Positions 36,501 to 46,300 of a DNA stretch of 64,000 nt are shown here, piece by piece (position 1 is the stretch's first letter; the number at the start of each line of letters is the position of its first letter). Position numbers and translations under genes: made by a program. The stretch is from a virus (Duplodnaviria > Caudoviricetes). The notes beneath the pieces were generated by a model. The model saw only the letters and a list, made by a program, of their open reading frames with translations, was not told the DNA's origin and searched no databases. Where the stretch lies: the IMG/VR virus record IMGVR_UViG_3300012007_000009, positions 64,001-128,000 of that record. The stretch is one strand, 5' to 3'.

Positions 36501-38034
36501 CATCGGTACTCGACGGGTCGAGCAACGTAATATACTCATCTGCCACGATACCATCGGATTCCTTGGGAGAACCGGCGTCGCCAACAATCCGGTCGGCTAT
36601 ATCCATGGGAGGAGTTGCCCTGTTGCGCTTGGCCGCAGCATCCGTCTTGAACTCATCAGTTTTTATGCCAATGTCATCGGCTGCATCCGACGGGTTGGCC
36701 AGGAGGCCGTTTTCCAGATTATCCTCGACATCGTTCGGGTTGTATTCCTCGGCAATCAAGCCCACTATAACGGCAACAGCGCGATAGAAGTTGGCCGTAC
36801 CGGGAGCTATCAACGCACCGAGTTTCCTCACCGAGGTACTTATCTTGTTTTTATGAAGAGCTATCTTCCTGGATAGCTGGTCCGCTGCCGGGTTTTCCCC
36901 ATTGCTGGCATTATCGTTTATCAAGGCATGGATTTCGGGTGCCCTCCATTGTGTAAGGGGCGTCTTCAGTGCAACCGGCGCGCGGAGAACCGGGCTACCC
37001 GCGGAATGCGTATCGATTCGCTCGTTCCAGCCAAACGGTGCATCTGCGAAAGAAACTAGCTTTTCCAGGCCAGCATCATCGTCCATCCCTTCAAGCAAGC
37101 CCTCTACATAGGATTTGAGCGTCTGCTCCCCAGCATCGCCCTGGCCGGCGGATTCCGACTGCTGTACCTTTGCATTTCGGCACATCACAAGCATGGCGCC
37201 TAGCTGGTATATATCGCGGTCCGACTTTAATTCACCTTTGAACGCATCCTGCACCGCCGAAACAGTCTGACCGCACAGCACCTTGTCCAGGTCAACTAGC
37301 ATCTTCTGGACGTCAGAATCCATCATGATTTCCCTGAACTTCTTAACGAAGCTGAATACCGATTCACCGAGCTCGGCACCCTTGCTATGCTGTTCTTCGC
37401 CACCATTCTTCACCAGGAAATAGAACCAGCGTTCGATAACCCGCAGGTCTTCCCATTTGTCTTCCCCGACGACATCACGCTTTAGCCCGAACAGGCTATC
37501 ATAATCTATTGCACTTTCAAAATCATCAACTTGACGCAACATGGCGGCATCACCGCTATGGAGTGCACGCGTACTGTTGATTTGGGCTTTAGTAGTGTAG
37601 GATGCGCCCTCGTTGACCTTTTTCTTCAGAGCATCCATTTCACTGATGAACTTCTGGGTGGCGGCCGTCGAGGTACCCTCGGTTTCCCCGACACCCATGA
37701 ATCCGGCACCCCCGGAGAAAGCCAGTACGCCAGCCCGGACCTTGTTTACCAGGTCAATCGTGTCCCTGCCGGCATACGACGATATGATAGTGTCGTACGT
37801 CTCGGAAGCACCGGGTGTTTTTGCCGCTTTAGTCGAAGCGAAATAGAAGTCCTTTACCTCGGGGTGGACGAATGATACTACGTAAAACAAGTTTGACATC
37901 CAGGCGTTCGGCGCTTGCGCCATTCGTCGGGCAATTTTCCGTATTACGTCATTGGCGTTAATGAAGTCGCGAGTAATTTCCTTCATTGCGGCGGAATCGC
38001 CCTCGAACCTGGCTTCAGTAAGAATTTTGTTCAT
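30514..38034 (-). CDS. Giant (2506 aa) probably virion/ejection protein of unknown function
   Basis: Uninterrupted 7.5 kb ORF, late motif 35 nt upstream, starts MNKILTEARFE; no enzyme motif recognised. Confidence 0.8.
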   Translation of the reverse strand: MNKILTEARFEGDSAAMKEITRDFINANDVIRKIARRMAQAPNAWMSNLFYVVSFVHPEVKDFYFASTKAAKTPGASETYDTIISSYAGRDTIDLVNKVRAGVLAFSGGAGFMGVGETEGTSTAATQKFISEMDALKKKVNEGASYTTKAQINSTRALHSGDAAMLRQVDDFESAIDYDSLFGLKRDVVGEDKWEDLRVIERWFYFLVKNGGEEQHSKGAELGESVFSFVKKFREIMMDSDVQKMLVDLDKVLCGQTVSAVQDAFKGELKSDRDIYQLGAMLVMCRNAKVQQSESAGQGDAGEQTLKSYVEGLLEGMDDDAGLEKLVSFADAPFGWNERIDTHSAGSPVLRAPVALKTPLTQWRAPEIHALINDNASNGENPAADQLSRKIALHKNKISTSVRKLGALIAPGTANFYRAVAVIVGLIAEEYNPNDVEDNLENGLLANPSDAADDIGIKTDEFKTDAAAKRNRATPPMDIADRIVGDAGSPKESDGIVADEYITLLDPSSTDVTNAMILPKVSIPLFSVRVTVPSTNDKNLGSMYALSVPMLTYAIIAASGSDIPKMPWFTKESNSESDDSDDVQYIIDHSVDIDYVDIIDTIERYFAHVAGSPDPTNAVMLRNTWIDTINDTSLLSTLKDKVGRYILVHTGSEKYQQQLPTVMDDTIKYVKRSIFNIKEGAYNMPVTHDLKAEMVLPLSPINQESKGRLRLSGGAEGTVTNDGELIYAKTQGRVVSVNEENGEHIYRVKFGRNSGLAAGEFTDSNMADWMPKGLTQMPDSKSKSPQYALWVGVNFVSAWSDEGYRNTFRRPENMIGISNDTYMNSLANSERTLDATENMQQFAKILHTTSAPAIDAVLQAGEAINRIYDRNLYDVETLLALTQTKGIEQVSTLKNALTCNQIAAKKPREAAADILNGILDSFFATKLKKNDQFYSDVSSLGALRKLNSMCADRSGSKLLTPQSILHAATQLLDVINSPFTMAEGADGAVEFASTGVEYNTDEYFDDHGLYTEYKNAVDELSASVSEASTPKAIMSFKKLENLYAQAVSEDFKADESYGRNGKMSLDGNISMNRSAVVSNKSLDALSKCIETVMPALEKSPEIMKQPFCDVLTAIDYAAKVPDEISQYRDAVRDYNANSAEAEPYRVSSGEVDGVSVDDLVQPDALGERDDHTGDVLTNSIDYDALREFDLTNDSADTYEGVTSSTMLGLIKCGPGMGSSSGKFDITAGISPAELSRVAAALDSAHETAVTFGTEGVRGKNIAIRKDVNRRVRILDDAMNSFYNFMTSTVPLEKRDILQEVDSVGNMFATKVGDCGDPTVEDMLDRMLAEFNQLKADVASQQKNADENPELNPDLVELEMASTVSTGIANIVLAIESYANTEHKAGNVSGLELYGGDSARLAGSDDANTSAAERLAMVGARNPGKETDDTVNQTSKSALDKTIREKFRDSTDAMLRGNERFSKTLSAIYERLGKGYTIGYEGALIPFDDLVYKSSTKHGNSYETLYSGEANTALGAVLNLAIVEDEIDNSSDNHTYRRLGNILNNLVGTGVQTGIEVPKYLLQGLSLEDDSDTRSPIDMSTTTWAVFNDNGSAQASDRRDYAHFEEAVPKFAGLSDIGGAIGVSLDDSDTPEGVAGKIRESIISKKLAGSAALHELSNRDAGHDSKIFTDTVNDFEETMKVSARSCTKSAGLLFVPLSVLYGCIDDSLLNTAMYQVIERASMRLRGKAIDSASTNILRGVYGEKYGTLPKVQASIEDNIDELTYDLAEALMIWRSEAHVDKRTREAHAINVNYRTDPTDSDTEVPNTSLADILGSRSTAKDVLSLFIEQIPIETLATMTYEDMTDYARNFVQNMVKFNDKTDPGDPMREITNILTTLGTSGNADTSGAATAITGILGARTNTVAGKLVDDFMDALDSEKPRTKGGVYNVAERVLRDSISRSGELRELYIDKFGTDEVKDIDARRTMHGTVPIIDNETINDSEGASRMYSKIETALSGELPKDESIEILDSIKEFHINQQSGEVALDWFNQYYDAIKAALITLTRSTHAGVKGALDNKPAKQAANKCSAKGVLSKEGAGPTRMAALDALEAECATIQKVLNKNSDGYNAILAAIEEFATKHCMWSSYMSPEELQAAEHDSNSRNEDIARHFIWIRQAMAKAFAHTRNLYNSDAVKVAAAASSGRGITTMGEKPTSYLKAVLNRLVRAKGSPIKKIDDDMYPEGYDYVVNGKPRDEGDCLAILSDAVNKYTSVAGPQAVQFIDDMMNEDFFNCIRMCSSMKRDSLIDTNGIATILLKSMRDRKTISLSKYKGCVRFKHRIRQDGYNSWYTFDIPVSIIRDMVNRRMSGMDFSESANEWNEFAIEMEKYTNRGNYVQNSTVRNPKLRNKLYELFYNVVSVTLTNFVTDKVKHLTSEEENTVRRGQTVTTDDGVHISTTRGVDGTYDISTAFRDRATADWSTDEDEISLPERMPGRDGLSNDSSREPQESPEPPVQPNSGEEEENDLESDE

Positions 38035-38068
38035 CCGGTACCCCTAGTCTGGTATCCAATTTGCCGCA

Positions 38069-38137
38069 AGTTTATACGATTCGGGCGCAAATATTGCATT
38101 CGCCGGCAACCGAAATGCTAGTAACTTCATATAAACT
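38069..38137. promoter_or_regulatory. Divergent pair of TATAAACT late promoters
   Basis: Minus copy 38069-38076, plus copy 38130-38137. Confidence 0.75.
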
Positions 38138-38158
38138 GGCCAAGTAGAGGTATTCCCG

Positions 38159-39940
38159 ATGGCAAACGCACCAGAAGCGGCAAATGAGAACATTGTAGGG
38201 GTGGTAATGAACCTGACCGGCATACAACCCGGCCAAACTCCTTCCATTGAAGCAATCAACCGTGCATTTATTCTTGCATCGTTTGGATATACTATCCTGA
38301 AGCTAAACGACTCATGCCAGGCCGATGTTATCAAGAGCATCATTGAAACTATATGGGACATCTTCAAGGCCAGGAGTTGTAACCGAGATGTAGTAAGCAC
38401 TCAAATTGAACCGTCCAGCATATCCGTTCAAGCCTACCCTGACTTGCTAGAATTCATACAACGATATAAAATCAATCCATTGTCTGGAGCGGCCAATCTA
38501 ATCGGCTCGCTTCTCAATGGAGCAAACAACGGTAATCCACCACGCAATCTTGACTTCATTACGGACGTTCGGCCACATGTATCCGCGGCACTCAGTCGAA
38601 TCCCGGCCCTGGTAGTCAACGCACTGGGATACATTCCGGTCGATGGAAATCAGGGCAGCGGCATAAGTGACACAGAGAATTTACATAAGGCAGCCGATAC
38701 GCTATTCCATGGTAGCACCGAACTTACAAATAAGTGCAAAAGCTACCTGTTGAGGGCAAACTTCTGGAACAACCCTTCAGAGGACTACAAAGTCGATAAT
38801 GAAAAGGCCAACAAGTTCTTCGAAGGCTTTGCCGCGGACATCAAGGCAAAGGGTCAGGGAGCATTAGATGCATTGACGGCTTATCTGGAATCCGATAATT
38901 CCAGGCTTGATGCACCTAAGGACCCGGCCTCATTCGGCCAGGTGGCCGAATCAGTGCCAGGCCAACTAGCGGAACAATCGGTGGACGGTGAACCGTCGGC
39001 ACGAGCCAACCCGACCGCAGAAAATACCCTTCCACCATTACCGAGGGAATCTGCCGAACTACTCAACGGGATGGCGTACGATGATGAACAACTGCAGCAA
39101 GCCGCCGATGCCATAATGGGGAACAGTTACTACAACGTACCCCTAATCACCACGTATCACCCGGGAATCACGGAGAAGGCAGTCGCCCAGCTGCTTGACA
39201 CGTGCACCGACCGTGGTGAGCACAGGCCTTTCCGGGTGACCGCCGGAGACCCCCGGGAAAGAAAGACCGTGATGATTCCTCCGGCCTTCAAGGAGGACAA
39301 GGTTCCGGCCATCTGGAGCCGCGCGGTCATAGGGAGCCTGGGATTTCCTTTCGTGAACTTCACCTGCCCCCCTATCATGGAAATCATCCGGGGGACCGAC
39401 CCCAAATCAATCAAGTCCGCCTACAAGAGCGTGAAGCCCCTGTTCAAGGAGTGCGGACTGAAGAAGCCCATCGAGACGCTGAAGGAGTTTGCCCACGCCA
39501 AGTACCGTAACTGCACTCTGAACGCCGTAACGGTAGACGCCGAGGAGCTCTTCAGGGCCGAACCGGGGTCCACGGTCAGTGCCGGGATTATAGACCCGTA
39601 CAGCAAGGTACTGAAGGTCAAGGGAAGTGCCAGCATTCCATTGGACTTCCTGACAGCATTCTACGGAGTCCTATCGCCAGTGAACGCAGTGAGCCAATAT
39701 TGCGAGCTCACGGGAATGGACACCAGGGCATACCTCGACACGCTTGCCACGACAGGGAAACCTCCCATATACATCCTGAACCCGAAGAAGTGCTCGTTCA
39801 TGAGGGGACCAAAGGGAAGCCTGTTCCACGAGCTGTTCAGCTCGAAGACCGCCCCCGTCCTCGTTAGGGCCAGGGTTAGTACCCATGATGGTGGGTTCAT
39901 CATGCCGGAAAAGCTAGCGGACATGCTGTTCGCCGTATAG
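38159..39940 (+). CDS. Hypothetical late protein, paralog of next gene
   Basis: 593 aa, GAGG RBS; C-terminal domain shared with 40034..41641. Confidence 0.75.
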   Translation: MANAPEAANENIVGVVMNLTGIQPGQTPSIEAINRAFILASFGYTILKLNDSCQADVIKSIIETIWDIFKARSCNRDVVSTQIEPSSISVQAYPDLLEFIQRYKINPLSGAANLIGSLLNGANNGNPPRNLDFITDVRPHVSAALSRIPALVVNALGYIPVDGNQGSGISDTENLHKAADTLFHGSTELTNKCKSYLLRANFWNNPSEDYKVDNEKANKFFEGFAADIKAKGQGALDALTAYLESDNSRLDAPKDPASFGQVAESVPGQLAEQSVDGEPSARANPTAENTLPPLPRESAELLNGMAYDDEQLQQAADAIMGNSYYNVPLITTYHPGITEKAVAQLLDTCTDRGEHRPFRVTAGDPRERKTVMIPPAFKEDKVPAIWSRAVIGSLGFPFVNFTCPPIMEIIRGTDPKSIKSAYKSVKPLFKECGLKKPIETLKEFAHAKYRNCTLNAVTVDAEELFRAEPGSTVSAGIIDPYSKVLKVKGSASIPLDFLTAFYGVLSPVNAVSQYCELTGMDTRAYLDTLATTGKPPIYILNPKKCSFMRGPKGSLFHELFSSKTAPVLVRARVSTHDGGFIMPEKLADMLFAV

Positions 39941-40033
39941 AATACCTGAAATTTCCGAAAAAATACGTGGAATCGACGAAAAAAACACCGAGAGTGCCGA
40001 TAAACTACCAATGTTTTAACGGGGATTCTCTCT

Positions 40034-41641
40034 ATGTCCTATATCTGGGAAGACAAAAATCGCGGCAAGTCGCTATACGAGATGGCAATAATCAACCAGA
40101 AGGCCTTGATGGAAGCAACCACGGGGGCACCAACTGCACCGGATACGGTAAAATTCAAGATTCCCGATGGAAAGGACACGGAAAATAATCATAAAAACAT
40201 AGCCCAGGTGCTGGCGAAGGCCGGAGTAACCCCTAAATTCGATAACGGATTCATCGAGCTCTCCAAGGATGACTTCGCCAAATGTTCAAATAATATTCAA
40301 TTCCTGTGCAAGCAAACCCTTCTTGAACCGAATGATGAAATGAAAGCCGCCATAACGGCATCAGATGAGTCAAAGATGGAGACCACCCGAGAAGAAGTTG
40401 TCAAGAAAGCAATCGAAACATTCAAGAACCAGGATACCCAAAATGAGCTAGCATTAGCCGTTAGATGCTTGATGAACGGTACGTGGTTTGATGGGAATGT
40501 GCCCAATGCGCAGCAGAAGCAGACAGTGGAACATTGTCAAGCACTATTAAAATCCGGCGATTCGGATAAAATTCTGGCAATGCTAAAAACCATCACGGGT
40601 CTTGAAAAGCGCGGGATAATTTCCCTTGACGCTAAGAATCCGAAGCTGTATAAAGAAACCAAACCCGAAACCCAATTCAATGGCGACGTCAAGATGCCGC
40701 CAATGTTCGATGCCGAACCAGACGATTCGATGTGGAACGAGATGATTGTAAATGAGTTTGGTATGCCATTAATCAACCTCAGCCACCCGGCAGTAGCAAA
40801 GATTATCAGCAGCGACAATCCGGAAGACGAATGCCCCGCCGAACTAAAGCAATTCAAGAAAGCAATCTATGGCGACAAACGCCTGACCGCAGTATTCGGC
40901 GAAGGCGGAATTGCCCGTATGCTTGGCAAGATGGCCAATCTGCTAACTCTCGGCATTGCCGGTGCAACCCTGGATGCAGGCAAGAGGGCCGACCGCATAA
41001 TCAAGGAACTGCATGAAAAGGGCGGGCATATCGCTCATCGCAACCTGCTGTTCATCGGCGCAGATGAACTGATGGATGCCGATGCCGATAACGAAGAACT
41101 TACTATCCCATCAGCAGTATATAGCAGGTCAAAGAAGAAAGTTCTTGGCAAGCTAGAAGTCCCGGCACCTGCGCTTGCACAGTTATACAGCGCGGTCGAC
41201 CCAATCAAGTCCGCAAAAATTTATCTCGAAATTCTTGCATCGGATGATAGGGTTGCCGAAAGCCTCAATGAATCCATTGAAGACGATGACGGCGCTCTCC
41301 TCGAAGGAAAGGGTGTTTTTGGTAAACTCGCGGGCGCCGCCCGTGCCGTACAGGACAAATTCACCGGTGAAAAAGCGGATTCGCCATCATCGGTAAACAA
41401 GGATACTGTGTCAGAACTGAAGAAAAAATGGGTATCATATCTAGAAAAGCACGGCCGTCCGCCATTCTATGTACTCAAGCCCAAGTCAACCAACAAGGAA
41501 GTCGACATCATATCGACAGCCGAAACCGGCAGGGCTGGTACCAGTGGCGGTAAGGTGCACATGGTTACCATGAAGATAGGAGACCACAAGGGTGCCGCAT
41601 TCATGTCACCCGAAGACATTAAACTCTACTTCTCTGCCTAA
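40034..41641 (+). CDS. Hypothetical late protein, paralog of previous gene
   Basis: 535 aa; GATAAACT at 39999-40006; N-terminal LYE and LMEA. Confidence 0.75.
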   Translation: MSYIWEDKNRGKSLYEMAIINQKALMEATTGAPTAPDTVKFKIPDGKDTENNHKNIAQVLAKAGVTPKFDNGFIELSKDDFAKCSNNIQFLCKQTLLEPNDEMKAAITASDESKMETTREEVVKKAIETFKNQDTQNELALAVRCLMNGTWFDGNVPNAQQKQTVEHCQALLKSGDSDKILAMLKTITGLEKRGIISLDAKNPKLYKETKPETQFNGDVKMPPMFDAEPDDSMWNEMIVNEFGMPLINLSHPAVAKIISSDNPEDECPAELKQFKKAIYGDKRLTAVFGEGGIARMLGKMANLLTLGIAGATLDAGKRADRIIKELHEKGGHIAHRNLLFIGADELMDADADNEELTIPSAVYSRSKKKVLGKLEVPAPALAQLYSAVDPIKSAKIYLEILASDDRVAESLNESIEDDDGALLEGKGVFGKLAGAARAVQDKFTGEKADSPSSVNKDTVSELKKKWVSYLEKHGRPPFYVLKPKSTNKEVDIISTAETGRAGTSGGKVHMVTMKIGDHKGAAFMSPEDIKLYFSA

Positions 41642-41647
41642 CGTGAT

Positions 41648-42676
41648 ATGCGGCTAGATACTTTCCTACAGAACGCGAGGGTCATGCTCGAGAACAACAT
41701 GGCCTTCTTCTCCAAGAAGGCCGATGGCGGACGCAAGCTGCGTTCAAAGCAGCTCACCCGTTACTTCGAGGGTATCTCCCGGAACCACCGGGGGCATGCA
41801 GTTCTCGAGTGGCGAGTGCCTTCCGCGTCCGACCCGGAGAAGAACTACCAGTGCTACATCTCGGTGGAGCCCAAGCGAGGCACCCTGTTCGTCCTGGCCT
41901 CCACCAAGGGCAGGATAGGGGAGAAGATTCAGCTAATCAAGGATGCGGACGTGCGCTGTTTCTGCACCTGCCCGGACTTCAACTGGTCCGGTGCCAAGTA
42001 CAACATGAAGCACCGCTACGACGGGTACGAGGATGGGCACACCTCCGACGAGGGAGTTCCCGACGGTTCCGACATCCGTCCAAGAATCAAGGACCCGAAG
42101 GGGAGGAATACCGTCTGCAAGCATCTCCTTGCCTCCTTCAACGGGATAATGCTCAACGCGTCCACCATCATGAAGGCCGCACGAACGGCCAAGTTCCCCA
42201 AGGATTACACCGAGGAGGAACCACAGCCGAAAGTCCTCGACCATGACAGCGAGCAGGAATACGACGCTACCGGGGAAATCACCGTGCTGAATGGCGGCAA
42301 TACCGAAAACGCACCTACCGGGGAAATAAAGGCGGCTAATTCCGGAAAGGACAAGCCGATAATGGACTATCCCACCGAGGACGAGGCCATCAAGATACTG
42401 GGTGAATCCTCCCCGGTGAAGGTACCCGAGGCCCAGGAAGCCCTGGATGCGCTCGCGAATACCCTGGGAGAGCCGGAAAATAACGGTGAGCAGTCAACAG
42501 ACGGCGACATAACCGCATTCAACTCCGATTCCGATGAGAAAACCAAGGAATCCGGGTCGGAAATCAGCATGTTCAACGGGGACGGGCAGAAGTTCAACCC
42601 CCTTACCGACATCGAGGATGCCGCCAAGCTGCCGATGTTCAATCCCGGGCCGTCAGACGAGGACGAACTGACGTAG
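41648..42676 (+). CDS. SWIM zinc-finger protein with acidic tail
   Basis: RCFCTCPDF...VCKHLLA. Confidence 0.75.
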   Translation: MRLDTFLQNARVMLENNMAFFSKKADGGRKLRSKQLTRYFEGISRNHRGHAVLEWRVPSASDPEKNYQCYISVEPKRGTLFVLASTKGRIGEKIQLIKDADVRCFCTCPDFNWSGAKYNMKHRYDGYEDGHTSDEGVPDGSDIRPRIKDPKGRNTVCKHLLASFNGIMLNASTIMKAARTAKFPKDYTEEEPQPKVLDHDSEQEYDATGEITVLNGGNTENAPTGEIKAANSGKDKPIMDYPTEDEAIKILGESSPVKVPEAQEALDALANTLGEPENNGEQSTDGDITAFNSDSDEKTKESGSEISMFNGDGQKFNPLTDIEDAAKLPMFNPGPSDEDELT

Positions 42677-42686
42677 TTTCCGGTAC

Positions 42687-43397
42687 ATGAGCATATACGT
42701 AGTAGGCGACACCAAGAAGATGTTCCCCGAACTCGACGAGGGCAGGGAGAAATTTCTCACAGATATGCCCCATGAAGGGGAAAACATAGACCGGCTGAAC
42801 AGGTGGTACTGCGAACTGACAGGATTGTACCATCTATGGAAGAACTCAGATTCATTCTACGTCGGATTGGAACATTACAGAAGGTTCTTCGAGTCTATAA
42901 AGAGTCCAAAACAGCGCATGAAGGTGGACGAAGCCCAGGAAATACTGGAAAAATGCGACATGATTGTCACAGAATATGACCATGGTCCAAGATATACGGC
43001 GCTCCAGTGGTTCAAGGACTCGAAATTTCAGGACGGGAGCAGCTACATACTCTACCTGGACAAGTTCATCGATGTCCTTGACGACAAGGACAAGGAAGGA
43101 TTCAAGGAATACCTCGGGAGGCACCGGCTGGTACAGTGCAACATGTTCATAGGGAAACGCCCTGTAATGGATAGGTGGTGCAAGTTCATCTTCAGCGTAC
43201 TGTCCAGGTACGACAAGTTATGCCCGCCGTCGCAGGCGCACGGGCGACTTCAGGGGTACTTCGCCGAGCACATATTCGGATACTGGCTGGAAAAGGAATC
43301 GGTGCCACTGTTCATGGCACCGAAAGTCGAAATGGAATACGTGGAAAGGAACGGGGTGTCCCCAGCCAGAGTAGGCTACTCTACCTCACGAGCTTGA
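42687..43397 (+). CDS. DUF4422-like glycosyltransferase-associated protein
   Basis: NRWYCELTGLYHLWKN, VGLEHYRRFF, CNMFI, RLQGYFAE. Confidence 0.8.
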   Translation: MSIYVVGDTKKMFPELDEGREKFLTDMPHEGENIDRLNRWYCELTGLYHLWKNSDSFYVGLEHYRRFFESIKSPKQRMKVDEAQEILEKCDMIVTEYDHGPRYTALQWFKDSKFQDGSSYILYLDKFIDVLDDKDKEGFKEYLGRHRLVQCNMFIGKRPVMDRWCKFIFSVLSRYDKLCPPSQAHGRLQGYFAEHIFGYWLEKESVPLFMAPKVEMEYVERNGVSPARVGYSTSRA

Positions 43398-46300
43398 TTG
43401 CGAGCATGTCACCATCTTCGATATCCTCAGCATCGGTGTCGATGACGTTATTGTCAACCGAGTACCCGCACAGGTCACCGTCATCATCGACACACCAGGC
43501 ATAGCATACATATTCCGAGTTAGGCGACATTGACCCGTCTACGTCGGCCTTGCCGGTAGGACTGAACCCGAGCTGCTTGGAAGCGATTGCTCCGGTATCC
43601 TGTCCCAGGTTATTGAGTTCTGTCACCGTAGGAAGGCGCCAACCGGTTGAGCCGAGCTGGGCCATGATGGCTTCGGCATCCTCCATGCTGTACAGCATCA
43701 CGTTCCTGGATGATTTCACCCCGGTTGCCCCGTCATAATACCCGGTCATCCACAGCAACCCGTTCGCCTCGTGGTATTCCACTTTCTTCCCGAGCTCGGC
43801 ACTGGCCATCGAGCCAGCATTTGCCGAGAATTCGCCACCCCTGCTGAAATACGGGGCCAGCATCTGCTTTACCCGCTCGGCCTCCCCGGAAGGCAGATTC
43901 TCGATAACGGAATTGATTTTTATCTCATGTGCCCTAACGAATTGCGTAGTGAACTCATCCCAACCGCCCATGGCGGCAAGCCGCAGAAGCAATTCCAGTC
44001 CTTCTGGAGTAGTACTCATGTCCCGTACAGTTTCCGGGGTGAAACACTTTTTGCAAACCTCATGGGCGATATTACCCGGCAACATGTTGATACAAGACAA
44101 TAGAACCATAGGCTTGTCCTTCAGAAGCTTTTCGATATCTTCAGTGGATATTACGGCAGGGTCATCTTTGGAAAGGCTCTTATCATATTTAGCTGATATA
44201 TCAAACAATGCCTTAGTCACCCTGTCTCCATGCAAGCTCAAGGATTTCCACTCAAAGTCGTCGACGCTCAGCACCAGATGTTGACCGGCTAAAATAGTCG
44301 CCACGACATCATTGAATGAGTTGGACTCGTAATACTCCTTTCCATAATGAGCCAATAGCTCCCACAATTCGTATGCTATGATGCATCGTGCTAGGACATC
44401 GTTCCGCATGGCCATCTTCTTTGAACCAGCCCCATTATCCACCAACGTTTGCTCATTGCAGCTAATTATCCCACCTCGCTTGCTATCCAGGAATATTTCC
44501 CTAGCAAGTCCCGAATCGGATTCATACAGGGACATATAACTGTCAAGCACTTGTTTTATGTATTCACCAACATAGTGAGTATTGTCACTCACCCTCGACG
44601 TACTAAAAGAAAAATTTCGTTTTAATGGCTTTATGTATGTCCTGAAATACGTTGTCAAGTCATCTGTCACCAACCCATTAATCAGCATAGAATGCCTTAA
44701 TGCATCAAACCTCCAGCCACCCGACTGTGGTTCATTTAACTTCAGGAAGGTCGACAATATCCGCTTTCCTAATGGGGAATTGCTCTCAACTTCCTTGACA
44801 ATGGAGCGACCAAGACACAGGTTGAGGAATAGCCTTAATGCATATTCGGTATTATTCGGGTAAGCAGTCAAAAATTCGCGTATTCTCCTGAGCAGCATGT
44901 TACCGGAGACCGAATCACGGTATTTGTTGATATCGTTCTCGTTGTTGTCCGGAACAATGTTACCATATAATTCAGAAGAAAATACCCTGAAACCAGGCAC
45001 AACACTCCCGAATCTGAGCAAGCACCGCTTGGCTGGGCCATTATCAATAGCATGGAGGAGTGTTTGCTGCACTCTGGGCGTCATGAATTTCTTTATATCC
45101 GAGAACAAGGCATCCCGTGACGCGGCATTCATGGAATTGGACCTCATTAAGCCATCGAAATAATTCATCAAGCGCAAACAATTATCTATCGCTCTGGTTC
45201 CAGAATCATTTAATGCATATTCAACAGCATCTTCGGATAACGGTATATATTGACCGGAAATGCCTATAGAAACACTCAACGCATCCATTAATGCATTGAT
45301 TCCACGTACTCGGAATATCGCCACCTGTACATTGGGTTCACGTAGCATTTTCGGTGAAAATGTATTGCTGAGGCTGTAGGCATTATCTGCTATTTCGGGC
45401 ATTTTCATGAAGTCAGCTACCCGGATGGTGGCATGTCCCGGTGTCCCGGTCAAAGCTTGGATTAGGCCATTGGGGTCATCGAAGGGTCTTAATATAGACA
45501 GTCCGATTATGTAATCAAATTCACCTGGATAGCCGGTGGATATTCCATATTTTTTGGCAATACTCATAATTTCAGGGTCATGTACAATGACCTTATTCTC
45601 CTTGACTGCCATCTCGACCCACTCGCTCAGGTCGTCGGAATCAACCAAGCCACGGTCGACACATGCAGCAAGAAATTGCAGTTCATTAAATCGCCCGAAA
45701 TACTCAGTACCGCTATAGATTTCATTCCATAAATTAGAAATAAACGTGTCCGGTCTCGACATACTCTTCTTCAGAATACGAACCCTATCATCCCAAGTAA
45801 GCTTGAACTGTAACTTCGACAAGTCGTCATTGCTTGGTGCGTCTTGCCATAGGCCTAAGCAGAAATCCGCTGTCAGGAAGTTGACAAAATCTTCGGCAAC
45901 CCTGTGACTTATTATTTGGGGGAACATAAAGACAATATCTTGAATGCGGTATGCGCCTTCATCTTCCATCAGGTCCAGTCTCATTATACTTACCCCGGAA
46001 CCAGGAACTAGATAGGCTTGTATGCGGTCATTTTCTTCCTTTACCCATTCGGTGCCATCCTCGTTTCTCAGCATCATTTGCATGCCTGCAGCTTCCCACG
46101 CCATTCCTCCTTTGCTATTTTTAACCGCGGTATCTGCGATATCAGATGTTGTAAAATTTTCCGTATCCGCCAATATCGTTTTTTCAAAGCGGTTGTTGTT
46201 TTTTGTCAGTTTCTCTATAAGGTCGTGTTCATTGAACAAAGACTGTATTTCATCGGCAAGAGCAACTCGGTCTATTTTATTCAACCTGGCGGTAAAGCTC

